Positions 17,060 through 33,589 of a stretch of 59,734 bases of DNA are shown one piece after another. Origin of the DNA: Eledone cirrhosa (lineage: Eukaryota). Under the pieces are notes generated by a model. The model saw only the letters and a list, made by a program, of their open reading frames with translations. It ran no database searches and was not told where the DNA came from. Numbering within the stretch: position 1 is the first letter of the stretch; the number at the start of each line of letters is the position of its first letter. The DNA is taken from the NCBI GenBank assembly GCA_964016885.1, contig CAXHJY010001038.1:1-59734 (forward strand), in the 5' to 3' direction. The position numbers were made by a program, and so were the translations under genes.

Positions 17060-17338
17060 GGTGTTCGGCACAAGTATGAAAATACACTCTCGACAGGTGT
17101 AATGTGTCCGAACACGGAAGAGCCGAACTCCCATCTATCTCGCCCTCCCCATCTCTCTGTATAGTGAGCAAATGGGGTGCCCCGTGCTGGCCGCCCCACA
17201 GGCCCGGCGGACAGAATGGAAAAGGCGTTTCCCCGGAGGATGATTAGGGAAATGCGCTGGAAAAGCCATTCCATCTCACGAGGCTCACACCTGCGGCTGG
17301 CTCTTCCTCGAAATTTTCTGACACTTGCCCACATTAGA
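17060..17338 (-). mobile_element. CRE-clade-like non-LTR retrotransposon 3' fragment
   Basis: EPREMEWLFQRISLIILRGNAFSIL resembles the LFQRLS..IQRGNA..IL terminal motif of CRE-type restriction-like endonuclease ORFs. Confidence 0.65.
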
Positions 17339-18861
17339 AATAATTATTTGCAACGGAGAGAAGCGGTAAGGCAGAATAAGCAGAGCGACAGTTCAGCTCA
17401 TTTGCTTTCCAGCTGGGTTTAGTTATATTTGAAACGTTCTGTTTTCGAATTTTGTCTCAGTTAATTTTGCTTAATATAATCGACTTTAGCCTTTTCTCAA
17501 ATTACTGGGCTTGGTCCTAAATTAGAAACGGCTCTTTACGTTCTGAGTTCAAATCTCGTCGCGTTTAGCTTTACTTTTCATCCTTAAGGAGTCGATAAAA
17601 TAAAGTACCAGTAACGTACTAGGGTTGATTTAATCAACTTTCCCCTTCCCCCAAATTGCTGGCCTTGTGTTTAAATCAGAAACCGTTATTATATTGAGTA
17701 ACTATTCTATGTTATATTAAAAGAATCTGCGTTGTGTTTTATCGTGTATTTTTAATGAAAACGAGCCGACAGTCTCGGTTTCGTTGCCCAGGAAATAAAC
17801 AGGTTTAATTAATTCATAAATAGATAAAGAAATTAATTTATTCATTCATCAATTACATCACCAATCACATTAGCAGAGATATGACATTTACAACATCAGA
17901 ATGTTAGTAACACTCACTCTCTCATTCTCTCACTCCCACTTACTCTCTCATTAATTTTCACGTTTTATGTACAAACGTAGCGAATTTATAATATCAGTGT
18001 TACAACGAACCAAGTTTGAATCCTATAATTTTACGCCATTTTGTTTTCAGTGTTGTGTATGAAACCGTATAATGTCAGAAAGGTTATTCCGGAGAAGCAA
18101 TTTCTGTAAAAATAAAGATAGAAATATATAGAAAGAGCATAAATTTAAAAACAAAACAAAACAAAGTAACCAAATAAATAAAATTATGACAATCAATAAT
18201 CTCTTGACTACAGGAAAGATAAAAAAAAAAGAAGAAAAACGGCTAAATCAGTGATTGAATGAATGTGGTGTGAGAAGGGTTAACAGTGAAGCGGACTAGG
18301 CTGGCTGGTAAGATTAGATGGTTGGGATATCAATTGAATTATCTCTATTTTGCCGTGACAGTAAAAAAATAATTGTTTGAATCTACTGTTGTTTCTGATC
18401 ACACTGCAGAACACTATAACCCGTTTAGTGTACGTACACACACTCTCAAACACACACACACACACATAGACACATAAAAACACACACATACACACATACA
18501 CACATACATACATACATATCAAGGGCTTGTTTCAGGGGGGTGCCAGGGGACGAGCCCCCCCCCCCCGACTTTTTCAAACGTCTATATTTTATGTTTTGTT
18601 TATTTGATATAATAAATTATTTTTAAGCTTATTTTTTTATATCTGAACTTCATTTGAATATATAAAATTTAATTAGGGTAAAATTTTACTTATGTGATAG
18701 GGTCCGGGAAAGACACCATAAGCAATTTATGCTCCTTTAAGAATCAACAAATGTTGGTGGTTTGTCCTCCTCACATTTTAAAGGCAAACGATGCTCCTGA
18801 TACATATATACATAGATATATACATACGTACGTACATACATATATACATACATATATATAA

Positions 18862-19320
18862 AAGATTAGCGAAAAGGAGAATATTTGTGCAGAACTGATG
18901 AGAAATCTGCAGATACTCCACCCTTATTACACCTTCAGATTTATGCCTGTGCTTATTGGGGCACTGGGGTATGTAATACAAATCTTGAGAAGCTGGGCTT
19001 CACAGAAACAGAAAGAACACAACTAGTTAGGAAATTACAAGTACAATCCATTAATGGAACAGTAAAAATATGTAAAATATTCCAAAAATTTGCATCTATT
19101 AACTGCATATACACATGTACAGATACAAAGCATATACACATGCACACATACAACTCAAAACATCCACATCCACACATACAATAACATCCATATCTACATG
19201 CATACATAATCTAGCTAGTTGATGTTGTGTAAATTCCAATGAGAGAGTCTTGTGTCTATGTTAGAAACCGACCCTCTCTCAATTGGGAAAAAATTTGTGA
19301 AATTATAAAACCAGAAGAAT
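18862..19320 (+). mobile_element. R4/Dong-like LINE 3' fragment (frameshifted RLE C-terminus and probable 3' UTR)
   Basis: KISEKENICAELMRNLQILHPYYTFRFMPVLIGALGYV, frameshift, TNLEKLGFTETERTQLVRKLQVQSINGTVKICK; P..IGALG motif; flanked by TACA-rich repeats. Confidence 0.75.
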
Positions 19321-19594
19321 ATACATACGTACATACATAATGATGGCTGCAAACTCTGTTAAGAGTATTGCAATCTCTTGTCAGATTATAGAGTTTGGTG
19401 CACATTTAGGCTACGGCCAGCCATACGAACCTGTAACATATCCTGAACAAGCAATGCCTGTGCTTTGAAGGTTTTTTTTAAAGTGGGGAAAGCCCTATAA
19501 TACATACATACACCACACACACATACATACATACATGCATGTATGCATACGTATGGTTGTACGCGTATACATACGTGTAGAAAAAAAAATTTAA

Positions 19595-19775
19595 ATAACT
19601 GTTTCTACTTTAGGCACAAGGCCAGCAATTACCCAGTGCATTACTGGTACTTTATTTTATCGACCCTTTAAGGATGAAAGGCAAAGTCAACCTCGGCGGG
19701 ATTTGAACTCAGATCGTAAAGGGACGTAACTATGCTGGAAAGCATGGCGTCCGACGCTCTACCGATACTGCCAAT
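19595..19775 (-). mobile_element. Major SINE, short subfamily
   Basis: Matches the other copies. Confidence 0.9.
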
Positions 19776-20312
19776 ACAGCATAGACACGCATGTATAAAT
19801 ATAGCGACCGGATTAAAGATAATGTATATATATATTTATATATACATACATATGTATATATACATATGTGTATGTATACATATGCATATATATGTATATA
19901 TGTAAATATATATATATATTTTTTATGATATGTTCGAGGTTCACACACAATTTTCCTTTTTATTCACACAGAGACGTTGTTACAATAACTCTACTTAATT
20001 TCATTAATTGTGAATTTCACATTCAAATTTTCCACTTATAAATGCTTCGCTGGTAGATGAACTAATATATGTAGTGTGACTAACATATGTAACTGTCTGT
20101 CTATCTGTCTGTTTCTCTCGCTCACTTCCTCTCACCATCCCCCTCTCTCTCACACACACACACACACAATGAACTATGAAAGTAATGGCAATACCAGGAT
20201 AAGTCATATATTTACCTTCCACATAATGTAATGGCTGCTTTTTTAAATTGTACACACACACACACCACACACCACACACCACACACCACACACCACACAC
20301 ACACACACACAC

Positions 20313-20514
20313 ACAAAGGAGGTATGGTAAGATACCAGGTGGACCATAACGCACCAGGGTACTCGATACTTAGGGTAGTAGAGTTGGTAATAGGAAAAGA
20401 GTCAGGACTTCGACGGCTGAGCTCCGGCTGTTTCGATAGCTAGATCCGAACTTAGTTCGGATTTAGCTGTCGAAACGGCCGGAGCTCGGCCATTGGGGTC
20501 CTGACTCTTTTCCT
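20313..20514 (-). mobile_element. Family A hairpin+tail element, diverged copy 2, in (CA)n
   Basis: Tail, then inverted repeat AGGAAAAGAGTCAGGAC.../...GTCCTGACTCTTTTCCT. Confidence 0.8.
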
Positions 20515-20515
20515 G

Positions 20516-20663
<148 letters not shown>

Positions 20664-21100
20664 TATATATTGCGCAGTTGGCAATTAAACCCTGACAGAA
20701 GTACAGGGACGAACGAATAGGGGACGAGATGGTATATAGACAATACAAAATGGTAACAAGAACATAATTATATGGTCATTGGCTGTCGAAATCGACCCCT
20801 ACTGACAGTACTTCCCATATATAAAAACTACGTAATATAGAAACTATGTAACATCATGTCTGCTGCCTGCTGACATCAGCCATGACCATACCAATATTTG
20901 GAGCAGGCTAGTTGTTTGGATGAGAGGGCTGGGGTATTATTTTGAAGAATGTGTTTGAAGTTAATCTATGGCTGATGCGGTACAGGTTTGAGGATAAGAT
21001 TGTAGTTTGCGTTTTCCTGAGCCTCGTGAGTGACTTGGAAAGCAGGCTTTGTTAAAACCAAAATTTAAAATTAATTTTTGTACATACTATAAAGATCCTT

Positions 21101-21191
<91 letters not shown>

Positions 21192-21199
<8 letters not shown>

Positions 21200-21830
21200 A
21201 TACTTTGGGAGGGTCATGTTGCCAATAAGAAACGCACGCACCAGTTGCTTTCACTCCAATTTATTATAATAAATTTATAAATTTAGGAATTTATAAATTT
21301 ACGGTTGGTTGGTTGGTTCCACAACCAGATGATTGTTTATATATTGTCAAAGATTTTTCCGTCACACATTCTGTGACCTCTTCAGTAACTGGGGATTCTT
21401 TTCTTTGTTTTTGTGCCTCTCCTTTGTTCTGTCCTACCTACGCCATCTTTGTTCTGTCCTACGCCATCTTTCTTCTGTCCTACGCCATATTTGTTCTGTC
21501 CTACGCCATCTTGAAAAAAACAAGATGGCGTAAGACAGAACACAGGAGAGGCACAAAAACAAAGAAAAGAATCTCCAGTCACTGAAGAAGTCACAGAATG
21601 TGTGACGAAAGAACTTTGACAATATATAAACAATCATCTGGTTGTGGAACCAACCAACCAACCGGAAATTTATAAATTCCTAAATTTATAAATTTATTAT
21701 AATAAATTGGAGTGAAAGCAACTGGTGCGTGTGTTTCTTATTGGCAACATCACGCTCCCAAAGTATAACAATATCGGTTTCAACACACGTTTTCAGATAA
21801 AGAATCTTGCTAAACAAATTCAGAAACGAA
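21192..21830 (+). mobile_element. Family B: ~580-bp palindrome plus ~55-bp tail (PLE pLTR-like)
   Basis: Arms at about 21192-21513 and 21521-21774 with an A7 loop; tail 21775-21828; (TA)n on both sides. Confidence 0.85.
21578..21620 (+). ncRNA. Minimal type I hammerhead ribozyme motif (family B)
   Basis: GUCA-CUGAAGA-A-GUCACA GAAUG UGUGAC-GAAA-GAAC-UU-UGAC; diverged antisense copy at about 21345-21389. Confidence 0.75.
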
Positions 21831-21846
21831 ATATATATATATATAA

Positions 21847-21942
21847 AAGTAGTTCCACAACAGTGGAACTACTTCTACGAAACTCTGTCCATGGACTGAG
21901 TGCTCTACTACTCCAGATATAATCCACTAGTTTTCTACTATT
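21847..21942 (+). mobile_element. Mini hairpin+tail insertion with a hammerhead 3' half
   Basis: AAGTAGTTCCAC-AACA-GTGGAACTACTT hairpin, then CGAAAC-TCT-GTC, then a tail into TA. Confidence 0.5.
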
Positions 21943-22100
21943 ATATATATAGATATCATCTACTGTTGTGATCGAACTTTGTGGAGAAAAATATTTCATG
22001 TTTATGCGCAGTCTGCAACTGGCGGAGTTTAGCGTCACAAGAATATATATATATATATATATACATATACATACAAGGTGCGCTTTTCAAAATTTATTTT

Positions 22101-22191
<91 letters not shown>

Positions 22192-22939
22192 AGAGAGTAT
22201 GTGTTTGTTACATGGGCACAACTGAATGCTTCCATGTTACTACATTATACTTCCGGCAATTTAGACCATAGCTATCGGGAACTGAATATTTTCTAAATTC
22301 TAATAACTTTCATCTTTAAAGAAAAAAAAAAAATAAATAAAAAGAAAATTAAACAATCATTTAAAAAATAAATAACTAAATGAATATTGTTTTCCAGTAT
22401 TTCATCTATAATGGAATATTAAGAGAAAAATGCGCAGTGAAAAAACAAATTGAATCCCAAAGGACAATAATTTATGAATTGAGATATCATAAAAAAAACT
22501 GTCTTAATAAAGTATGAGTGAAATAACCATTATTTTTGACAGCATGGTTATACTAATGTTCTTTGAAAATCGATAATGGAAATGAATTAAACGAGCTTAA
22601 ACGTTTTTATTTTACTTTTTTTTGTGGGGGAGAGAGATATAAATGTGATTCTCTGATACAATAAAATGCAAGTTGATAAATGATGTGAATTTTAAACATA
22701 GGGCTAGATTTTGAATCACACCACAACTAATTCTGTGATCGCAGAAGACATTTGACCTTATTCTAATCAATAGGTTAACTAATGAAAACGAATTAATATT
22801 TTTTTTGTTATTTCAATATAATGTGGTCCGTATTCAAACATTTCTGGAACAACGTCTCTTGCTATAAACTTATGTGTATGTGGATGTAGTTCTCGTGTAT
22901 AATGTGATCTTTATTTGAATACTAGTGGATCAGTGCCGT

Positions 22940-23230
22940 CAATAATAGTTTCTACATTTGGCATGAAGTCAGTAATTTGACCCTAGTGCATTACTGGTAC
23001 TAGATTTTATCGACTAGGTAAAGATGAAAGGCAAAGCTAACCTCGGTGGAATTTGAGCTCAGAATGTAAAATGCCGTAACATTATGCCGCAAAGCTTGTT
23101 GTTCGATGCTCTACCGATACTGGCAATTCATCGGCTAATAATGATTTCTACTACAAGGCCAGCAATTTGGGGTGAAGGGAAGGTCGATTAAATTGACTCC
23201 AGTGCATTAATAGTGCTTTATTTTATCGAC
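22940..23230 (-). mobile_element. Two degenerate major-SINE copies
   Basis: Diverged matches to the short and long subfamilies. Confidence 0.75.
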
Positions 23231-23485
23231 CATGATACAATGGCATTGAGTACTTCGTATAAGCGATATAAACAATTTAAATATATACATAACGCAAATT
23301 CCTTAGAGGAATTAACAAAAATAATATTAAATTAAAGCAGAATATAACAGAATTCAATTCCCATCTTACACGGTAATATTGAGATCAATTGTTTATATCG
23401 TAAATGAATAATAACATATTTATTACGTCACTGTAAGAACTCTTAGTGTCATTTGCATTTAACAAGAAATTAAAAAAATTCTCTC

Positions 23486-23543
<58 letters not shown>

Positions 23544-23545
<2 letters not shown>

Positions 23546-23991
23546 GTGGCTGCCAACTCGTTTTCGAGGACGGCCACTACTTTATATCCCTGTAGGAGAA
23601 CCCCTGCTGATGCGCTGAACGAGTGTGACTTTTTAGTCCAGCCAGCGGCTTGAAAACTCTGGTACAAACACTACACTTGTGACAATTATTGACACATAGT
23701 GCTGGGCCCATGGTACCATGTGACGACAAGTGCAGAGAGATCTCCAGATATAAAGCAATGCCTGTGCCGTGAAGCTTTTATATTGAGCAAAGGCACTGCA
23801 CAAAGCCAGTCCCACTCTCTTAACCAAGATATTTACCAAAAAGAAGAACAAGTCAACATCATTGGATACCATCAGGGTTGCAGGTGTTATATCAGAGTTT
23901 TCCTTCTCCTAGAATTCTGCCTTGACAAAGGCTAAGGGGTCATCTCTCCCGGTGATTTTGGATGGCCATCGACTCTTAAGAGCTCCTTTGC
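23544..23991 (-). mobile_element. ~450-bp non-autonomous interspersed element, copy 1
   Basis: Near-identical to the reverse complement of 42645-43096 and 59417-59734; sits in microsatellite. Confidence 0.85.
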
Positions 23992-23992
23992 T

Positions 23993-26728
<2,736 letters not shown>

Positions 26729-27141
26729 AACGAAGGAAATGTGGTAAGGAACCAGGTGGACCATAACGCACCAAAGTACTCAATACTTAGGGTAGTAGAG
26801 TGGGTAATAGGAACAAGTAAGACCCCGATGGCTGAGCTCAAGTCGTTTCGACGGCTAATTCTGGACTAAATGAAAATTTATTCAGGTAAATAGCCGAGCT
26901 TATCAAGGGGTAATTCCATATATGGTCAAAGAGATAATCACCAGGATTGGTCACATCACAAGTTCGTAGTAAATCTGTGATGGCAAATTGGTGGGGGAAG
27001 GGGTAGCTTAACCTGCCGGTAGGAGAAAAAGGGAGAGGGGGTGGAGTAGACCCATTCATGCGTATAATAAATTTTCATTCAGTCCAGAATTAGCCGTCGA
27101 AACGGCTTGAGCTCAGCCGTCGGGGTCTTACTTGTTCCTAT
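26729..27141 (-). mobile_element. Family A longest copy: tail, direct arm, ~185-bp unpaired spacer, inverted arm
   Basis: Arms at about 26807-26881 and 27067-27141. Confidence 0.85.
26822..26911 (-). ncRNA. Degenerate type I hammerhead with long stem II (family A)
   Basis: ACCCC-UUGAUAA-GCUCGGCUA...UAGCCGUC-GAAACGACUUGAGCUCAGCCAUC-GGGGU; the core deviates from CUGANGA; other arms preserve GAA-ACGGCU UGAGCUC AGCCGU-C-GGGGU. Confidence 0.6.
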
Positions 27142-27173
27142 ATAATATATATATATATATTATATATATATAA

Positions 27174-27355
27174 TTCCAGCTTTATCTGGTTTACTCGTTT
27201 TATTTACAATCCTTTAAAATTATAATTATATTATAATGAAATAGTATAGTAGAATATTAAATATTAAGTGTTAATTGAACAAGTACTTTCATGCTCTCGC
27301 AATCTTCAGTTTCATATTCAGTGGTGACAGTCAAGTTGGCAATTTTCAACTCTCA
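27174..27355 (-). mobile_element. Family C element, copy 1, with minimal hammerhead at 27276-27314
   Basis: Minus strand UGAAA-CUGAAGA-UUGC GAGA GCAU-GAAA-GUAC-UU-GUUCA; homologous to 49702-49873. Confidence 0.75.
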
Positions 27356-28074
27356 TATATATATATATATAGGTTTTGCCTACCACAATGTTCAATTTAT
27401 CAAGCTATTTAAACGTATGTTGTTACTCTAAGGATCTACCCTTATTGAGTGCTTTGCTAACTCGTATTGTAGGTCGACTTTGTTTGCCCACAGCCAAAGC
27501 TTCGATTTTACTAAGCTTCCACATGTATATATATATATATATATGACTGCATTTTCTATGACGATACGATGTGATTTCCAGAGATATTTGGGTGCTATTT
27601 GTAAAGGTTGTTAATTGTAAACTAGTTGAATAAATTACAGAAAATACATACATCACGTCACTAAATGCTAATGATACATGCATATTTATCGAAAGGAAAA
27701 CCAAATTAACATTTTGTCAATTGTTATTTAGACTAAATGTACTTTTAAAGTGTAATTTTCAAATCTTATTAGTACAGGCTTTGTGATATTTCCAAAATTG
27801 TAAATCATGTAAAAAAAATATTCCACAGATATTATGGCGCCTAATATTCAGTCTAAAGACATTCTGCCTCTCAAATATTAGTGGGAAATATTAACCATTT
27901 GGCTATGTAGTGACTACAAAAATATGGAGATTATAATCGATTGCTCTGTTAATTTAGCTAAACATGTATTAGTAATGAAAATGTTAGATGTATGAAGAGG
28001 TTTACTAATTCTGATGTTCTTATTAAAAATTATATTACCGTTCTAACTAAATATTAATAGCATTGATGTAACAA

Positions 28075-28087
28075 ACTACTACTACTA

Positions 28088-28152
<65 letters not shown>

Positions 28153-28370
28153 CACCACCACCACCACCACCACCACCACCGCCACCACCACCACCACCAC
28201 CACTACTACTACTACCGACGAGTTGGCTGAGTCGTGAAGGCGCCGGATTAAAAATGTCTCGGTATGTGTTCCGGCTTCTTCTTCTTCTTCTTCTTCTTCT
28301 TCTTCTTCTTCTTCTTCTTCTTCTTCTTCTTCTTCACCCCCCACCCCCCAATCCTCCTCCTCCTCCTCTC
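28075..28370. repeat. (ACT)n-(ACC)n and (TTC)n/(TCC)n microsatellites
   Basis: Direct reading. Confidence 0.95.
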
Positions 28371-28914
28371 TGGAAGAAATCGCCTGTGCTTCTCTCTGCA
28401 GAAGGGATGTATTCCACCATGAATCGATCGTGAACCTAACACTGTAACCACAAGAAACAGCCACCACACGCCTTCACAGCACACATATTGCTATTTTATT
28501 AATATCCCGTCACTTAGGATATTATGTCAGATTGGCAGAATGTTACATATATCGTTAATCAAAGTATTGTTGTATGTAACATTTTTCGGTTGACATTTAG
28601 ATTATACATCTGTCTTTTTTGTTTATGACAGCCTATATCAAATCAGTCTAAACCTTCACCTACAACAACCATCACAGTAAAAACAATAGAGGGTAAATTT
28701 CTTGTGCATCTGTGTTGTCGGTCTAATTGCTAGAAGTAGTAGCTAAATCTTCCTCAATGTTGGTTCTATCTTCTAAAGAATTAGAGAAATATTTAAAAAA
28801 ATGGATAAATATGTTAGATAACTATAGTCTATGGTAGAGAAATAGATGAGATGTTGATGGCTGGAGTACCTTTGACCGTAGGTATGCTGGTTCAAGGGCT
28901 GACTTAGGGGTTTA

Positions 28915-29700
28915 ATGACAACGACAACCACAACAGCAACAGCACCAACAAGCACAATAACCACAACACCAACAACCACAACACCAACAGCAACAACACC
29001 AACAACCACAACACCAACAACAACACCAACAACACCAACAACCACAACACCAACAACACCAACAACTACAGCGCAAGCAACATCAACAGCAACAACACCA
29101 ACAACCACAACATAAACAGAAATAACACCAACAACAACAACCACAACACCCCCAACAAACACAAAACCAAAAAAGCCACCAACAACACCAACCATAACAC
29201 TAGCAACTAAAACACCTCCAACCACAACACCAACAACTACAACACTAATAACCACAGCACCAGCAACCACAAGGCCTACAGCAACCGCAACAACAGCAAC
29301 ACCAACACCATCAACCACAGCACTTACAACAACAGCAGCAACACCAACAACAACACCACCACCAACAACAATCACAAAACCTACAACACCAACAACAACA
29401 CCACCACCACCAACAACCACAAGACCTACAACAACAGCAACAACACCACCACCAACATCAACACCAACACCAACCACAACACCACCACAAGACCGACACC
29501 AGCAAAAATAGCATCACCAAAAGCACCACCACCACCACCAACAACCACAACACCTACAACAACAGCAGCAACAACACCACCACCAACATCAACACCAACA
29601 CCAACCACAACACCACCACAAGACCGACACCAGCAACAATAGCATCACCAACAGCACCATCACCACCACCAACAACCACAACACCTACAACAAATATAAC
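28915..29700. repeat. (ACA/ACC)n low-complexity repeat with an internal ~125-bp duplication
   Basis: CACCAACATCAACACCAACACCAACCACAACACCACCACAAGACCGACACCAGC occurs twice. Confidence 0.9.
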
Positions 29701-30035
29701 ACCAATAAAGCTAACAACATACTACATTTGAATAGTAACCTTTGTACAATGTCTTCTGACAGAGAGAACTCCAGAACTCCATCATGGCTGTACAGTGATT
29801 AGGGGAGGTAATTCATCATCATATGACATAGCGTTGCACTCAAACTGTCACAAATGCTGAACAGTTAATGCAGACATAACTGATTTATTGCTTTTGGTCT
29901 TCTTGCCTACTGGACTGCTGTCATTTGCATACTCTCACACACATGTATGTATATATGTACACACACACACACATATATATATATCCATATGTATACACAC
30001 ACACATATGTTTATATGTATATATACATACAGACA

Positions 30036-30067
<32 letters not shown>

Positions 30068-30162
30068 CACATATACACATATTTTGACATACATACTCGC
30101 ACATACATATATATACACATGCACATATATATACACATACATTGGTACACGTATGCAGATGA

Positions 30163-30249
<87 letters not shown>

Positions 30250-30361
30250 ATATATGCATACCGACCTATACCACGCATACACTCTCATATGCATGGCTAC
30301 GTACTCATGTACACGCATATATACACGCATATACACCCATGCACACGCATACATAAACATC

Positions 30362-30652
30362 GGTGAGCACTCGATGTTTAGGTTCACTTCCGTGTCGAGG
30401 TGTAGAGCTATACAGAGTGTATTATATTGAAAATCCCGCCGAGGTTAACTTTGCCTTTCATCCTTACGGGGTCGATAAAATAAAGTACCAGTAATACACC
30501 GAGTATTTGCTGGCCTTGTGCCAAAAGTAGAAACAATTATATTGAAAAGATAACAAGGACGATTGGTTACTCCTTCATTACATTTATTGGTTGGTGATGC
30601 GCGTTTCGCCACTGATCAACTCAAGGTTCGATCTGTGTCGATCTTAGATATA
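30362..30652 (-). mobile_element. Family D pLTR-like element (hammerhead 3' half plus tail) split by a SINE
   Basis: Minus strand ...GATCAGTGGC-GAAAC-GCGC-ATC; homologous to 40637-40727; the tail segment recurs at 15414-15471. Confidence 0.6.
30432..30540 (+). mobile_element. 5'-truncated major SINE with 13-bp TSD
   Basis: ATTATATTGAAAA at 30421-30433 and 30536-30548. Confidence 0.9.
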
Positions 30653-31009
30653 CGTGTATCTCACTCTCTCTCTTCCACCACTCTCCTCCTCTCTATCTAT
30701 CTCTCTCTACACAGATATGATTTGTAGCATTAATTAATGGTGTGAAAATTACAAGTCTTCATTAAAATCAGCGTTTGATTTACGTCCTCTTGTGGATTGC
30801 GTAAAATCATAAAAATGTATTTATAATATACACACATATATCTCTCTGTTTTTTTTTTATTTTACACCATTTTTTTCTGACAATCAACCTATCTATCTCT
30901 GTCTGTCTATCTATCTGTATGTATGTATGTATATACACATATATAAGTGCATATGTTCTTAGGTATATTTGTTTTCATATATATATATATGTTTATATGT
31001 ATATGTATG

Positions 31010-31047
<38 letters not shown>

Positions 31048-31073
31048 TATGTGTGTATATATATGTATATATG

Positions 31074-31115
<42 letters not shown>

Positions 31116-31353
31116 TGTGTATATATATGTATATATGTATATATATATATGTGTATATATGTTTATATGTATATATATATGTATATATTTATCTATATAT
31201 ATATTTATATATATATATATATGTATATGTATGTATATATAAGTATATATACGTATATATAAATATATATATATGTATATATATATGTAATATATATATC
31301 TCCATATATATATATATCTTATATTTATAAATATATACATATATATATGTTAT

Positions 31354-31517
<164 letters not shown>

Positions 31518-31854
31518 TCTTGATTGAAACTCATTGAAACGTTGTTATTTTATCGTCAGGGAAATAGTTACCGTTCCAGAATCTAGGAATAAAATATTAA
31601 ACGAACACGGAATATTAATTGTTTTTTTTTTTCATATTTCTATCTATTTCGTCGTTTTATTCCATTTTATTTTCACCTTGTTCTTGTTATTGCTGTTGTT
31701 GTTTTGTGTGTGGTGTGTTACTTTTACCTTGTCGTTGTTGATGGTAGTGTTGTTATTGCTATTGTTTTATATGTGTGTGTGTCTATGTGTGTATATGTAA
31801 ATGTGTTAGAGTTTTTTCTTTTTTAAATACCATCTTTCCCTCACGAGTGGTACA

Positions 31855-31886
<32 letters not shown>

Positions 31887-31996
31887 TACACATATATATA
31901 TACGTACATACGCGTGTGCGCGTGTAAATATATATATATATGTATATATGTATGTATGTATATATATATTTATATATATATATATATACATATAGG

Positions 31997-32064
31997 CACG
32001 ATACATTAACGGAGCTATAGACTCGCCGTTCCCTGTAAATAATGTGCTCCAAATAATGTGCTCC
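31997..32064 (-). mobile_element. Family E tail-only insertion
   Basis: Matches 53863-53917; AAATAATGTGCTCC is duplicated at the truncation point. Confidence 0.7.
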
Positions 32065-32143
32065 AATATAGGCATATATATGTATGAATGTATTATATAT
32101 ATATATATATATACATATATGTATATATATATGTATGTATATA

Positions 32144-32185
<42 letters not shown>

Positions 32186-32273
32186 TATATATATATACGT
32201 ATATATATACGTATATATATATGTATGTATATATATATATATTTATATATATATATATACACACATACATATA

Positions 32274-32304
<31 letters not shown>

Positions 32305-33287
32305 ATGCTGATGGATCATTAAACACGACGAGAAAAAGTAAGTCTTTCAAAGCATCGTTTTATTCAGTTGAAAGGATCTGCGAAAATAACTACCGAAATA
32401 TCTCGTTAATTCCTGGTGAATGGTCGGCAAAACACAACCCCGGAATTATTGGAGTTGTTGGTGTAATTGTTGTTGTTATTGTTGTTGTAAACACTTATTC
32501 AAAGTATGGTGAGAAGGAGGTTGAGGTTGAGAGTGATAATGCGGTGGTGTAGGTTGAGAGGTTGGGAAGCAAACAAATGATAGACTTTTACAAAGAAAGA
32601 CTTGCCATGATTGCTGAAATCAATTTGATTGGCATAAAACTACTGAGATCGATTTGGTTAGCATTCAGTTCGATATATTTGTAGTTTTATTTGTTATCAC
32701 TTCTGTTTTACTTGTTGTTAATGTTGTTGTTGTTGTCGTTTTTGAATTTAGCCTCAGATCATTCTTGATCCTACGTCCGTCACTTGTAATCGATATTGAT
32801 ACGATTGCACTATGCTTTAATTAAGGAGCTTACGTGCCCACGTATTCGTGAAGAGTCATAAACATATTATCGACTCTTCATTACTCGCTTGAGCCAACAG
32901 AACTCATAGAATATGACAGTTGGAATGAGAGAATGCTGCACCAGCTCTGGACTGGTGCTATTTTTATCGACCCAGAAGGGATGAAACGCATCGTGGATCT
33001 TGGTGAAAGTTGCACCCAGACTGAAAGACGGAACAAATATTAGATTATTTTTTATGAAAAAAAGTATTATTACGCAGTGCATTACTGGTATTTTATTTTA
33101 TCGACCCCGTTAGGACGAAAGGCAAAGTTAATCTCGGTGGATTTTAATACGACGCTAACTGATTTCAAGCAAATGATTAATAGTTTTTGTATTTTCTTTT
33201 TAAGATTAAGTACAAATGAAGTTTTATAGAAAACAATACATATGTATTTATAGATATGGTGTCCTTTTCGATTTCCCTTTCGCGCAG

Positions 33288-33370
33288 GTTGCAGTCAAGA
33301 CCGCAGCCTCCGAACTACTGTTTTCTTCCGTAAAATCGCGAAGACTGCAACCCGCCCGAGGAAGGAGCCC
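33288..33370 (+). other. Candidate 83-nt internal exon
   Basis: Acceptor CCTTTTCGATTTCCCTTTCGCGCAG| and donor |GTAAGT; GC-rich unique sequence; two frames are open but the product is not recognisable. Confidence 0.6.
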
Positions 33371-33589
33371 GTAAGTGTATGTGTATGGGAGGAGGGGCTG
33401 TTGCAGTTTGTGTTGCTAGTTATTCTCCTCAACAATACCACCGCCGTTTTGTACGCGTGGTGCAACGCTGGGTTCTTGTCTATTGTTCCTCATTCCTTTC
33501 CCTTTCTTTCGTTGCTTAATTTCTTTCTCTTCTTTTTCTTCGCTTTCATTTTCGTTTCCTTATAGCCATTTATATTGTACAGTCATTAT

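Noticed and set aside
23699-23935. 78-100 aa ORF conserved in three places (23699, 42702, 59411)
   Set aside because: The conservation reflects near-identical copies of one repeat, and there is no recognisable domain.
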